A DNA stretch of 64,000 nt from Bacteroidales bacterium. Lineage in GTDB: Bacteria > Bacteroidota > Bacteroidia > Bacteroidales > UBA1715. The notes beneath the pieces are model-generated. The model was not told the DNA's origin and did not search any database. It saw only the letters and a program-made list of their open reading frames with translations. Positions 9,158-19,000 of the stretch are shown here, piece by piece (position 1 is the stretch's first letter; every line of letters starts with the position of its first letter). The position numbers were made by a program, and so were the translations under genes. The stretch spans positions 18,740 to 82,739 of the forward strand of contig JAZRXD010000051.1 in NCBI GenBank assembly GCA_045600045.1, in the 5' to 3' direction.

Positions 9158-12100
9158 ATGAAAAAAATATCAAAAGGACTAATTGTTGCGTTGAGTTTGG
9201 TCCCTGCTGTGGGTTTCTCTCAAAAAGTTGTGAATATCGATGTTAAATCGAATGTTCACAGTATCAGTCCATATATTTATGGAACAAACGAATCGTATGA
9301 TGGAGCAACTGCTGCTCGTTGGGGTGGAAACCGAAGCTCCAGTTACAATTGGGAAAACAATGCTTCGAATGGAGGAAACGATGCGAATTTTACATCAGAT
9401 AATTTTTATGATTATACGGCAAGTACAACACCTGGACTTCCTATATTAAATGCAGTTAAAACTGCTGATAGTAAAGGTCAGTATAGTTTGGTTTCTTTAC
9501 AAGCTGCAGGTTATGTTGCGGCAGATAAAAATGGTGTAGTGATGGAAAACCAAATCGCACCAAGTGAACGTTGGATTCCGGTATCATTTCATAAAGAAGC
9601 TCCTTATTCATTGACTCCGGATTTAAATGATGGGGTTGTATATGTTGATGAATTGATAAACTATATGTCGGTAAATTTAGGAAGAGCTGGCGATGGCGGT
9701 ATTTCTGCGTATGCAATCGATAACGAACCATATTTGTGGAATCAAACTCATGCTCGTTTACATCCAGAAAAAACAACTCCAGAGGAATTGATAGAAAAAA
9801 CAGCAGATTTGTCTTCTGTTATTCGTGAATTGGCGCCTGGAGCAGATATTTTCGGTCCAATGTTTTTTGGATGGACGGATGCTTACCAATGGGGATTGTC
9901 AGGTTCTGATTGGATGAATATTTATAATTTAAGTAGAAGAGATGGATATCCGGCAAAATATAGTTGGTTTGTTGACTATTATTTGGATACGTTGTGCAGA
10001 ATAGAAAAATCAACGGGTATACGTCCTGTTGATGCAATTGCTTTCCATTGGTATCCAGAAACTCAAGGCCCTAAAACTAAAAAACGTATTGTGAACATGG
10101 ACAATGATGTGAGTGCTTCGGAATTGATAGCCGAGGATATGATTGAGGCGAGACTTCAAGCACCGAGAGCATTGTGGGATTCTAAGTACAATGATGGGTC
10201 TTATGTGTCAATTCAAGGTGGTAAAGCCATCATTTCCAAAATAAAAAAATCAATAGATCTTTTTTATCCAGGAACAAAAATAGCTTTTACAGAATTTGAA
10301 TACGATGCTGAAGATCATTGGTCGGGCGGTTTGACTCTTGTTGATGTCTTAGGCATTTTTGGTCGAGAGGACGTGTATTTGGCTTGTAAATGGGATACAT
10401 TTAAAAAGTATTCTATTGCTGCATATAATCTTTATTTAAATTATGATGGGAATAATAGTAAATTCGGAACGACTTCGGTGTATGCAATGCAAAACGATAC
10501 GGCAGCGTTGTCAAGTTTTGCGTCTCTTGATGATGAAGGGAATTTACATATCATTTCTGTAAACAAAACTGGATTGAAACAAAATACAGTATTTAATATA
10601 GCGAATGGTATTTATACCGATGGCGTTGTATATGGATTTGGTCAAAATTCGGCAAATATATCTCAATATGACGTTATTGATAAAATCGAAAATTCATCAT
10701 TCTCTTATGTTTTGCCAGCGTATTCGGCTACACATATAATATTGAATGTTGCTTCGCAATCAAAAATTGTGAAAGCAAATGTTGTCGATCCGAATGTTGA
10801 TGAAATAAATGTCTATTTTGCCGATGATATACAGCTTGTGTCGGAAAAAGATGCTCGTGATGAATTTTCTGTTTTAGTAGAAGGTGCTACAAAAGATGTG
10901 TCGGCTGTTTCTGTTGAAGGCTCTCTTGTTAAAGTGAAATTGACAACTCCAGTTTTGGCAACAGATAAGCAAATAAAAATAACATATAATGGTTCCAATT
11001 TAATTGGTAGCTCAAATTTGCCTGTTGCCAGTTTTGATACAGTGCTAGTGTATAATGAACAAAATGATGCTCCAATACACGTTTTGTCGGCTCAGGTTGA
11101 TCAATTAGGTCGTTATGTGATTTTATCAATGTCCAAGGAAATAGGAGAAGTGAAAGATTTTGGTGGCCTTAAAATGGAAAAAAATAGTTCTGAAGTAGCC
11201 GTGAAATCATTAAATGTATCAACAGATTCTCCTTATGATTTGTATGTATATCCTGCAGAGAGAATAATCAAATATGATGACAATTTGATTTCGGGTATTG
11301 CAAGTTCGGATCTTTTGGCAAAAGATGGAAGTCAGATACATGATTTCTCAATGAAAATGGAGGGTGGCGCTAATTATGCACCAAAAATTGATTCTATGAT
11401 AGTGAAAGATAATTATACTATCAAATTATATTTCAGTACGAATATGAATCCGGATCTTGATTATGACAATGTAGGTCTTAATTTGTCTTGTTCGGAGGGT
11501 GATATAAAATACACTTCAAAATACACTAAAAATAATAGAATTTTGACGATGACAACTGAAACGCCTATGATGCCAGGAGTAGAATACACGTTGTCTTATA
11601 TTGATAATTCATTGGTTACTACAATTCATAATGGTGTACTTGAAAGTTTTTCAAAAGTATTGGATAATCAGTTGGAAGATATGGGAGCAAAATTGGTTAA
11701 TGTTCCATCTGAGGTTATACAATGTGATCAATTTTGGAGTAGAGTTGGTAATCCTGTCATAGAAGATTGTAGTGATACATCAAGCTTGGGAAATGGAAAA
11801 CATTTAGGTTATATTGGTTTGTTTGATAGTTATTCTTATAAGATAAACGTTGAAGAAGACAGAAATTATACGGTTTATGTGCGATATGCTTCAACTTCTG
11901 ATGGTGAAATAAATTTTGATATTGATGGAGAATTATATCATTTAACATTGCCGTCGTCAGGAAGTTTTATGAATTGGGTGGAAGCATATCGTGTGATTCC
12001 TTTAACAACGGGCGAACATGAAATAAAAGTGATGATTTTGAAATCGGGCTTTAATATGAATTATATTCAATTTAAAGCCGAAGAAAAATCTCCGGTGTCA

Positions 12101-12664
12101 AAAATCACAAAAACAAATATCCCTGCAAAAGGAGATGTAGTTAGAATGTATTTTGCAACAAATATTGCGACATTGCCATTAGTTGACGAGTTGTCGTTGT
12201 CATGTAACGATACTGTGTCTATTCCAATAGTTTCTGTTGATTATAATTCTTCTGCTGTTTTAAATATAAATATCGACACAACAATTTACAAAGGCGATAA
12301 CATAGTATTACAATTACATTCCGAAACAATAAAAACAGTAGATGGCGGAGAGGTGAAAGATACAGTAGTCGTAGTTTCAAATAAATCAACACAAATATAT
12401 GTTCCACCAGTAATAGACGCTATTGAAGAAATTGGTAATGACTTTGTTGTGGCTCCAATTCCAGTAAATCAAGGAGAGAATACATATATCTCAACTTCGA
12501 AAGATTGTGAAATTTCATACATGATAATCTCATCGGAAGGAAAGGTCGTTGAGTCAGGCAATTTCGTGGGTTATACTTCGTTTGCCCTAACACAAACTGG
12601 TATATATACAATAATTCTTAACGATGGTAATTCAATAACAACAAAGAAAATAGTTGTTAGATAG
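9158..12664 (+). CDS. T9SS-secreted glycoside hydrolase, GH44-like catalytic domain plus Ig-like repeats and a CBM6-like module
   Basis: Signal peptide. WGGNRSSSYNWENNASNGG and AIDNEPYLWNQTHARLHP (NEP acid/base) plus FTEFEY fit a clan GH-A/GH44 pattern as I remember it. CBM6-like block YTVYVRYASTSDGEINFDIDGE...NYIQF. C-terminal sorting-domain-like beta-rich tail. Confidence 0.75.
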   Translation: MKKISKGLIVALSLVPAVGFSQKVVNIDVKSNVHSISPYIYGTNESYDGATAARWGGNRSSSYNWENNASNGGNDANFTSDNFYDYTASTTPGLPILNAVKTADSKGQYSLVSLQAAGYVAADKNGVVMENQIAPSERWIPVSFHKEAPYSLTPDLNDGVVYVDELINYMSVNLGRAGDGGISAYAIDNEPYLWNQTHARLHPEKTTPEELIEKTADLSSVIRELAPGADIFGPMFFGWTDAYQWGLSGSDWMNIYNLSRRDGYPAKYSWFVDYYLDTLCRIEKSTGIRPVDAIAFHWYPETQGPKTKKRIVNMDNDVSASELIAEDMIEARLQAPRALWDSKYNDGSYVSIQGGKAIISKIKKSIDLFYPGTKIAFTEFEYDAEDHWSGGLTLVDVLGIFGREDVYLACKWDTFKKYSIAAYNLYLNYDGNNSKFGTTSVYAMQNDTAALSSFASLDDEGNLHIISVNKTGLKQNTVFNIANGIYTDGVVYGFGQNSANISQYDVIDKIENSSFSYVLPAYSATHIILNVASQSKIVKANVVDPNVDEINVYFADDIQLVSEKDARDEFSVLVEGATKDVSAVSVEGSLVKVKLTTPVLATDKQIKITYNGSNLIGSSNLPVASFDTVLVYNEQNDAPIHVLSAQVDQLGRYVILSMSKEIGEVKDFGGLKMEKNSSEVAVKSLNVSTDSPYDLYVYPAERIIKYDDNLISGIASSDLLAKDGSQIHDFSMKMEGGANYAPKIDSMIVKDNYTIKLYFSTNMNPDLDYDNVGLNLSCSEGDIKYTSKYTKNNRILTMTTETPMMPGVEYTLSYIDNSLVTTIHNGVLESFSKVLDNQLEDMGAKLVNVPSEVIQCDQFWSRVGNPVIEDCSDTSSLGNGKHLGYIGLFDSYSYKINVEEDRNYTVYVRYASTSDGEINFDIDGELYHLTLPSSGSFMNWVEAYRVIPLTTGEHEIKVMILKSGFNMNYIQFKAEEKSPVSKITKTNIPAKGDVVRMYFATNIATLPLVDELSLSCNDTVSIPIVSVDYNSSAVLNINIDTTIYKGDNIVLQLHSETIKTVDGGEVKDTVVVVSNKSTQIYVPPVIDAIEEIGNDFVVAPIPVNQGENTYISTSKDCEISYMIISSEGKVVESGNFVGYTSFALTQTGIYTIILNDGNSITTKKIVVR

Positions 12665-12686
12665 TGTTATTTTTACACTTTTGTTG

Positions 12687-12694
12687 TATATTTG
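12687..12694 (+). promoter_or_regulatory. candidate -7 promoter box
   Basis: TATATTTG, 23 nt upstream of the ATG at 12718. Confidence 0.4.
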
Positions 12695-12717
12695 TTCACT
12701 AAATAAAAAATATATTT

Positions 12718-13848
12718 ATGAGAAAAGGTGCTACAATTATTGCAAGTTTGTTTTTCGCGATGGGTTTGTCGGCTCAACAAACAAGTATGCCAACAAATTA
12801 TTGGACTGAATATGAGTCGAATTATGAATTGTATGATAGTTGGTGGGAAGTTGACGACCAAACCACAAATGTGCAAGGTTTGAGAGGTTTGACGCCAGGA
12901 AATGGTTTGATTATGGAACCAGATGCTGCATATAAAATTACATCGGAAGGTGCCGATAACGAAATCATACATATTAATTATGTTAAAACAAAAGATTACG
13001 AAAAATTCGGCTTGAGTTGGTTGAATTGGGCGTATTCGGCTTGTTCAAACGACAATTGGCAGTTGGTGAATCCTTTGACTGGCGAAAATTGGGCGGAAGG
13101 AGAAAATTGTCATCGTACAGCAAAAGGTTATTCTGTTGATTTCTCCGATCCTGCAAACAGAATAGTTTCTTTTAAATATCAATTAAAGAGTGATGATATT
13201 GTAAAACTTCGTGTTGATTTGTGGGACATTAAAGGTCGTAAGACAACAAAATCGGGCTATATCTGCACCGATGAATTGGAAAAAGTTAGTATAGTTTCTG
13301 TTACTAATGAAAAACAATGGCAAGATTTTACGATTATCTATACTGATGAATTCAACGAAGCTGCTTATAGTGAATTGGAAGAAGAATTCGATAACGGTTA
13401 TTTCTATGGAACAACTCCTGGACCTTTGGCTGACGGAAACAATTCTTGGTGGAATGGCTTGCAATTAACTACACCTCAATCATCTTTGAGTTTGCTTTTG
13501 GATTCAACAAGAATCATCGGCCTTGAAATGTATATCAATTGCGATGTTACAACTAAAGGTCAAGAAGCAGATTTGTATATAAAAGATCTTACTGTCGGTA
13601 ATGTGCTCACAAGAAATACTGAGCCAGGTGCAATTGTTGATTACGTTGCTACCGCTATCGAGACTCTTGATAGCAATGGCGAACTAGAACTTGTTAACGG
13701 CGTTGTTTATTCAGCTGGTAAAATTGTAGTTCTTGATATGCTTGGCCAAAAAGTGAAATCGGCAAAAGAACAATTGGATATTAATGATCTTCCTGCAGGC
13801 ATCTATTTTATTCAGGCAGAAGAAGGTACCGCAAAAATTGTTAAGTAA
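12718..13848 (+). CDS. T9SS-secreted hypothetical protein
   Basis: Signal peptide (ASLFFAMGLSAQQ). C-terminal sorting-domain-like tail (VVLDMLGQKV...LPAGIYFIQAEEGTAKIVK). No catalytic motif recognised. Confidence 0.8.
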   Translation: MRKGATIIASLFFAMGLSAQQTSMPTNYWTEYESNYELYDSWWEVDDQTTNVQGLRGLTPGNGLIMEPDAAYKITSEGADNEIIHINYVKTKDYEKFGLSWLNWAYSACSNDNWQLVNPLTGENWAEGENCHRTAKGYSVDFSDPANRIVSFKYQLKSDDIVKLRVDLWDIKGRKTTKSGYICTDELEKVSIVSVTNEKQWQDFTIIYTDEFNEAAYSELEEEFDNGYFYGTTPGPLADGNNSWWNGLQLTTPQSSLSLLLDSTRIIGLEMYINCDVTTKGQEADLYIKDLTVGNVLTRNTEPGAIVDYVATAIETLDSNGELELVNGVVYSAGKIVVLDMLGQKVKSAKEQLDINDLPAGIYFIQAEEGTAKIVK

Positions 13849-13870
13849 ATACTCGATTTAGAAAGGAAAT

Positions 13871-13905
13871 AGAAAGCTCGCCTGTTGGCGGGCTTTCTTT
13901 GTTTT
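13871..13905 (+). terminator. intrinsic terminator
   Basis: GC-rich hairpin agaaagc(t)cgcc-tgtt-ggcgggctttct followed by a T-rich run. Confidence 0.8.
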
Positions 13906-13938
13906 GGGAGATTTTTTTTTGTAATTCCAAAATTTGTG

Positions 13939-13946
13939 TAGTTTTG
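13939..13946 (+). promoter_or_regulatory. candidate -7 promoter box for the SulP gene
   Basis: TAGTTTTG matches TAnnTTTG, 77 nt upstream of the ATG at 14024. Confidence 0.35.
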
Positions 13947-14023
13947 CACGCCGTTTCGGGACAGATGTTGGTAGGTGTGGTTCTGAAACGAATTGAGTAT
14001 TAATCTAATAACTTTTAGGTTTT

Positions 14024-15751
14024 ATGAGTTTTATCTCTACAAGTAATGTAAAAGGCGATGTTTTCGGTGGAATTACGGCAGGAATCGTCGCTTTGCCGTT
14101 GGCTTTGGCGTTCGGTATTCAGGCATTTGGAGGTGTGAACGATCCAAATGCAAGTGCTGTTGGAGCATTGGCCGGTTTGGTTGGGGCAACAATGTTGGGC
14201 TTTTTTGCTGCTCTTTTTGGTGGTTGTCATTCTCAAATTAGTGGTCCTACAGGACCAATGACCGTTATCACAGCTTCGTTGATTTCTGGTATTTGGGCTT
14301 CGCAACAAGCTGCTGGAGCTTCGTTTTCCGAAGCTTTGCCAACAATTATTATTTCAATGTCGTTGGCGGGAATGTTTTGCGGTTTGTTCCAAATTTTATT
14401 TGGCGTTTGCAAAATAGGTAAATATATCCGTTATATTCCGTATCCGGTTCTTTCCGGTTTCATGAGTGGTATTGGTGTAATCATTATTCTTCAACAAATT
14501 TATCCACTTATCGGACTAAAATCACCGGTTTTGGTTGTGGATATGATTTTGGAATTCCCAGAACGTGTTGCAAACGGAATCTCGCTTCAGGCATTGCTTT
14601 TGGGACTCGGAACGATTGCTATAATTTATCTTTTCCCATTGATTACGAAAAAAGTTCCTGCTACATTGGTTGCTTTGATTGTAATGACGGTTGTTTCGTT
14701 GTTTGTTAACGATTTTCCAGTAAATTTGACAATTGGAGAGATTCCGTCGGGTTTCCCTTTGCCATTTTTTATGAAAGATGGAATTGATTTGTCAGCAATA
14801 AATTGGGGAACAATCTTAAAAACGTCGGTGATACCTGGCTTAACTTTAGCTGGCTTAGGATCTATAGATACGTTGCTCACATCGGTTGTTGCTGATAATA
14901 TCACTAAAACCAAGCACGATAGCAATAGGGAATTGATGGGACAAGGTATTGGAAACGCTGTTGCATCAATGTTCTGCGGAATTGGTGGGGCAGGCGCGAC
15001 TATGCGTACTGTGGTGAATGTGAAAAGTGGTGGTCGTTCACAAATTTCGGGAATGGTTCATTCTTTATTCTTAATGGCTATTTTGCTTGGTTTGGGTTCG
15101 GTTGTGAAATTCGTGCCACTTTCTGTGTTGGCAGGTATTTTGATTTCTGTTGGAGTCGGAATTATTGATTTTAGAGGATCAAAAGATTTACTACGCATTC
15201 CAAAATCGGATTCTTTTGTACTTATAATTGTATTGCTTACAACAGTTTTCGTTGATTTGTTGACAGCTGTTGGAATTGGTATGGTTATCGCTTGCGTTTT
15301 GTTTATGAAACGTACGAGCGATTATGTTGAGAATTCTTATTCTTCGGAAGAATTAATTGGATTTAATCCGAATTCACCTTGGGCTGACGAGGAAGGTTTC
15401 CCACAAGAATTACTTCACAAAGTGTTTATCCAACGTCTTGACGGACCCGTGTTCTTCGGTTCTATCACAAAATTCAACGAGGTGATGCATTCTGTTCCGG
15501 AATCTGCCGAAGTTGTTATTATTCGTATGAAACGAGTTTCGTTTATGGACCAATCTGGTTTGTACGCAATGGAAACCGCTGTGAAAGATTTGCAGAATAG
15601 CGGGAAACGTGTGTTGATGACAATTATTCAGCCACAGCCAAGGAAATTGATGACAAAATTAAATATCATTCCAGGTATTGTACCAGAAGAAGATACGTTT
15701 GAAACGTTCGAAGATTGTACGGAATATATTCGTAAAACGTATTTGAAATAG
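14024..15751 (+). CDS. SulP family anion (sulfate/bicarbonate) permease with C-terminal STAS domain
   Basis: Multi-TM protein with GGITAGIVALPLALAFG and SQISGPTGPM motifs. STAS-like C-terminus (VIIRMKRVSFMDQSGLYAME). Confidence 0.93.
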   Translation: MSFISTSNVKGDVFGGITAGIVALPLALAFGIQAFGGVNDPNASAVGALAGLVGATMLGFFAALFGGCHSQISGPTGPMTVITASLISGIWASQQAAGASFSEALPTIIISMSLAGMFCGLFQILFGVCKIGKYIRYIPYPVLSGFMSGIGVIIILQQIYPLIGLKSPVLVVDMILEFPERVANGISLQALLLGLGTIAIIYLFPLITKKVPATLVALIVMTVVSLFVNDFPVNLTIGEIPSGFPLPFFMKDGIDLSAINWGTILKTSVIPGLTLAGLGSIDTLLTSVVADNITKTKHDSNRELMGQGIGNAVASMFCGIGGAGATMRTVVNVKSGGRSQISGMVHSLFLMAILLGLGSVVKFVPLSVLAGILISVGVGIIDFRGSKDLLRIPKSDSFVLIIVLLTTVFVDLLTAVGIGMVIACVLFMKRTSDYVENSYSSEELIGFNPNSPWADEEGFPQELLHKVFIQRLDGPVFFGSITKFNEVMHSVPESAEVVIIRMKRVSFMDQSGLYAMETAVKDLQNSGKRVLMTIIQPQPRKLMTKLNIIPGIVPEEDTFETFEDCTEYIRKTYLK

Positions 15752-15810
15752 TCAGGTTTTAATATCAATTGTTAAAAATTGATAATTGAAAAACAAAAAA
15801 AATAATTGTA

Positions 15811-15842
15811 GAGACGTTGTTTTGCAGCGTCTCTTTTTTTTA
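15811..15842 (+). terminator. intrinsic terminator
   Basis: Hairpin gagacgttg-tttt-gcagcgtctc followed by a T9 run. Confidence 0.8.
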
Positions 15843-16046
15843 TAAAAAATTTTCTCCCGTTAGTCCAATGAAATCGGGCATCGAAAAAGAAATTGTAAAA
15901 ATATTGTAACTTTTTGTGTGTCAATTTAGTCTTTGGTTTATACAGTTGAGTTCAAATTATTTGCTTTCTGCAAAAAAATGAATTATATTGCATAATTATA
16001 AAAAGTGTCAAAAAGACACTAAGTGTGGAATTTAAAACGTAGTTTT

Positions 16047-19000
16047 ATGAGAAAATTCTATTTGTTTGTGGTCGCTGCATTGTTTGCAGCTGTTTCCTTT
16101 GCTCAAGGAACATTGGAGTTAAAAAAAGCAACATGGGGTAGTGGAGCGAGTATGCAGATTTATTATGAGGGTAGAATTCTTATGAATGAAATGTTCCCAG
16201 AGTTCACACCGGTAAAAAATCAGGCTTATACTGTACAAATTAAAGGTTTTAAAGCTGATCAGTATGTTGGTGAGTTCCAATTCTCTTTTGTGGATAAAAG
16301 TAAAGCTGCAAATTATTGGTTGGATATGTCAAGTGGGCTTATGATTGCGGAAGGTCTTGAGGCAAGTCAGTTATGCAATATTGGCGGCACGAATTTAATT
16401 AAAGAAGTAATTGAGTATCCAAGTGGAGATAGTGAATCGGGAGAGTATTATTTGGTTTTCTGCGTATATAATGCTTTCGAAGATGTTGAAGTGCTAAATC
16501 TTTCGTATGACGAGATTACAGTTGAACCTTATTTCGGATTGTATGTTGAAGAACATCCACTTGTAGGTTTTGATCTAAAAGTTGGAGGCACGGCTAGTGT
16601 TGGTTATTATTTAAAGTATAGTAATGTGACTAAACAATCAATCACATGGTCTTCTTCAGATGAGGGAATAGCAACGGTAAGCACGGGTGGCGTTGCTACA
16701 GGTATTGCACCTGGAACTGTGAAAATCACAGGTACAGCTGTTTGTACGGTAAATAGTGCTTGCACATATAACGGCGAAAATTATACCGCTGGACAAGAAG
16801 TAACACTTTCAATTGAAAAGGAACTTGTTGTAAGAGAAGCTCCAGATATGATTTTTACTTGGAACGAGAATGGAAAAGATATAGAAGATCTTGGTTTCGA
16901 GTCAATGAGTGATTGCTGGCAAATTGTGAAAGATGGTCTTACTTCCAATTCCGCTTCTGTTGGTGATATTTTTAGTGTTGAATTCGAAGGAATGGCAACA
17001 GCTTCAGGGTCTATTGAATTTGCATTGGTTGATTCCGAAGGAAAACTTTTGTCGGATTATGTTTCCGGAGGTTCTGTTGTGAAAGGCGAAAAATTTGAGC
17101 TTTCCGCTGATATGTTTGTTTCTACAGCTTCGGGCGCGAATCCTTCTTTAGCTATTTCATTTATTCCTTCAAAAGGTAGTGCATACGGAAAGAGAAATAA
17201 TATAGAGGCGAATGTTGAAAAACTATCAATAGATTACACAGCTTGTTCTGATTATAAACCTGCACTTTCTGTGACAACTACGGAATATAATTATACTATT
17301 GGTGACGAAGCTTCACAATTGAGTGCAACAGCTTCTGCAGGTTGTACGTTGAATTGGTATAATTCGGAAAGCGTTGCGTTTGCATCTGTTCCAACTCCTT
17401 CAACAGAAGAAACAGGAACAATTACATATTATGTGTCGCAATCAACTGCATGTTGGGAGTCGGAAAAGGTTGCAATTATAGTAACTGTTGCTCCAGAATA
17501 TGTTGCTCCAGTTCCAGAGGTTGAAGAAACAGAAATTTCTTATTGCCTTGGAGTTTTTTCTGCTCAATTAAGTGCAACTGCGGAAGAAGGTGCTGTTTTG
17601 AATTGGTACAATTCAGATGATGAAGCTTTAGAAATGGCTCCAATTCCATCGGCAGATATTGTTGGAACACAGATTTACAAAGTGTCACAAACAAAGAATG
17701 GTTCTGAAAGTGAAAAAGTAACAATTACAGTTACTGTTTATGAAAATCCTGTTGTGATATTCGCTCCAGAAGAAACAAGTTTCGTTGAAGGTTCACAAGT
17801 GTTGCTTTCTGCTACGTCTTCTTCGGAAGGAACGTATTCTTGGAAATCGGGTGCTGAGCCAATCTCAGGAGCAGAAACTTCTTCATTCAATTTAACGTTC
17901 CAAAATGCTGGCGAATATGAAATAGAAGTAACATTGACTTCGTTAATGGGATGTTCAGGTTCTGCTTCGGCAACATTTGTAATTAGCGAACCTGACGAAA
18001 GCATCGTTTGCTCGCAAAATGAATATGAAATGTATGTTGGCGAACACGTTGTTGTTGACGCAACAATCAAGTCGGAAACAATTTCAACATTCCACTTGGA
18101 AACTTCTGCCGAAGATTCAGCTAAAGTAGAATTGATTGACAAGACAATTACTGCTCTTGCTGCTGGCGAAGTAACAGTTTATGCTGTTGGTGGCGCTAAC
18201 GAAAAAAGTGGTTCAGAACTTCGCGATAAAATAACTATCACAATCAAGGAATTTATTCCAGGTGTTGAGATTTCAATGCCAAAACAGGTTACTGTGAAAG
18301 TTGGTGGCGATACAACATTGATTGCTTCTGTGATTCCATCTATCGCTACATACAACGAAGTTTCATTCATCGAAAAAGATGACGAAATTGTAACAGTAAC
18401 TGCCGATGGTAAAATTATAGGTAAAGCTGCTGGAACTTCGCTTGTAACTGCATATACCAAAGAAGGTTTGCAAGCTCAAACATTAGTTTACGTTACTTCG
18501 AATGATGAAGATGTTGTTAAAATTCGTTTGAACAACGGCGATGATATGATTTACATGAAAGTTGGCGAACAGAAAACTATTCCTTGTCAAATTTCGCCGG
18601 TAACAATTAAAGCTAATGATTTGAAATGGTCGAGCGATGATAATGGTGCTATTTTAAATATTTCTGGAAATGGTGTTGTTACTGCATTACAAGAAGGTGA
18701 AGTAATGATGAGAGTTTCTTATGGCGCAATAACTACAGCAACAATCAATGTTGTTGTTACAAAATCGTATGCTCCTGTAATTTCTTACATCCCTTCTATT
18801 ACAATGCAACAACCTGGTGCTCATGCAACAATTGATTTGGCAAAATACGTTTCGGATGATGAAACTGCATTCGAAAATTTGGATATTACATTCTCTGAAA
18901 ACGAAAATGTTGCTGTCGAACTTTTCGAAACAAATGCAAAATTATCGTTAAAGAATACCGAATTTGCAGGTTTTACAAACATTACAATTGCAGCAAAAGA

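Noticed and set aside
16023-16046. GTG-initiated 8-codon N-terminal extension of giant paralog 1 from the ORF track
   Set aside because: The ATG at 16047 gives a canonical signal peptide (MRKFYLFVV...AQG) matching the paralogs. The extension also overlaps a small hairpin (agtgtc-aaaaa-gacact, 16004-16020).
17738-18142. 134-aa antisense ORF inside giant paralog 1
   Set aside because: This is an antisense shadow ORF. The sense frame carries conserved domains shared with the paralogs.
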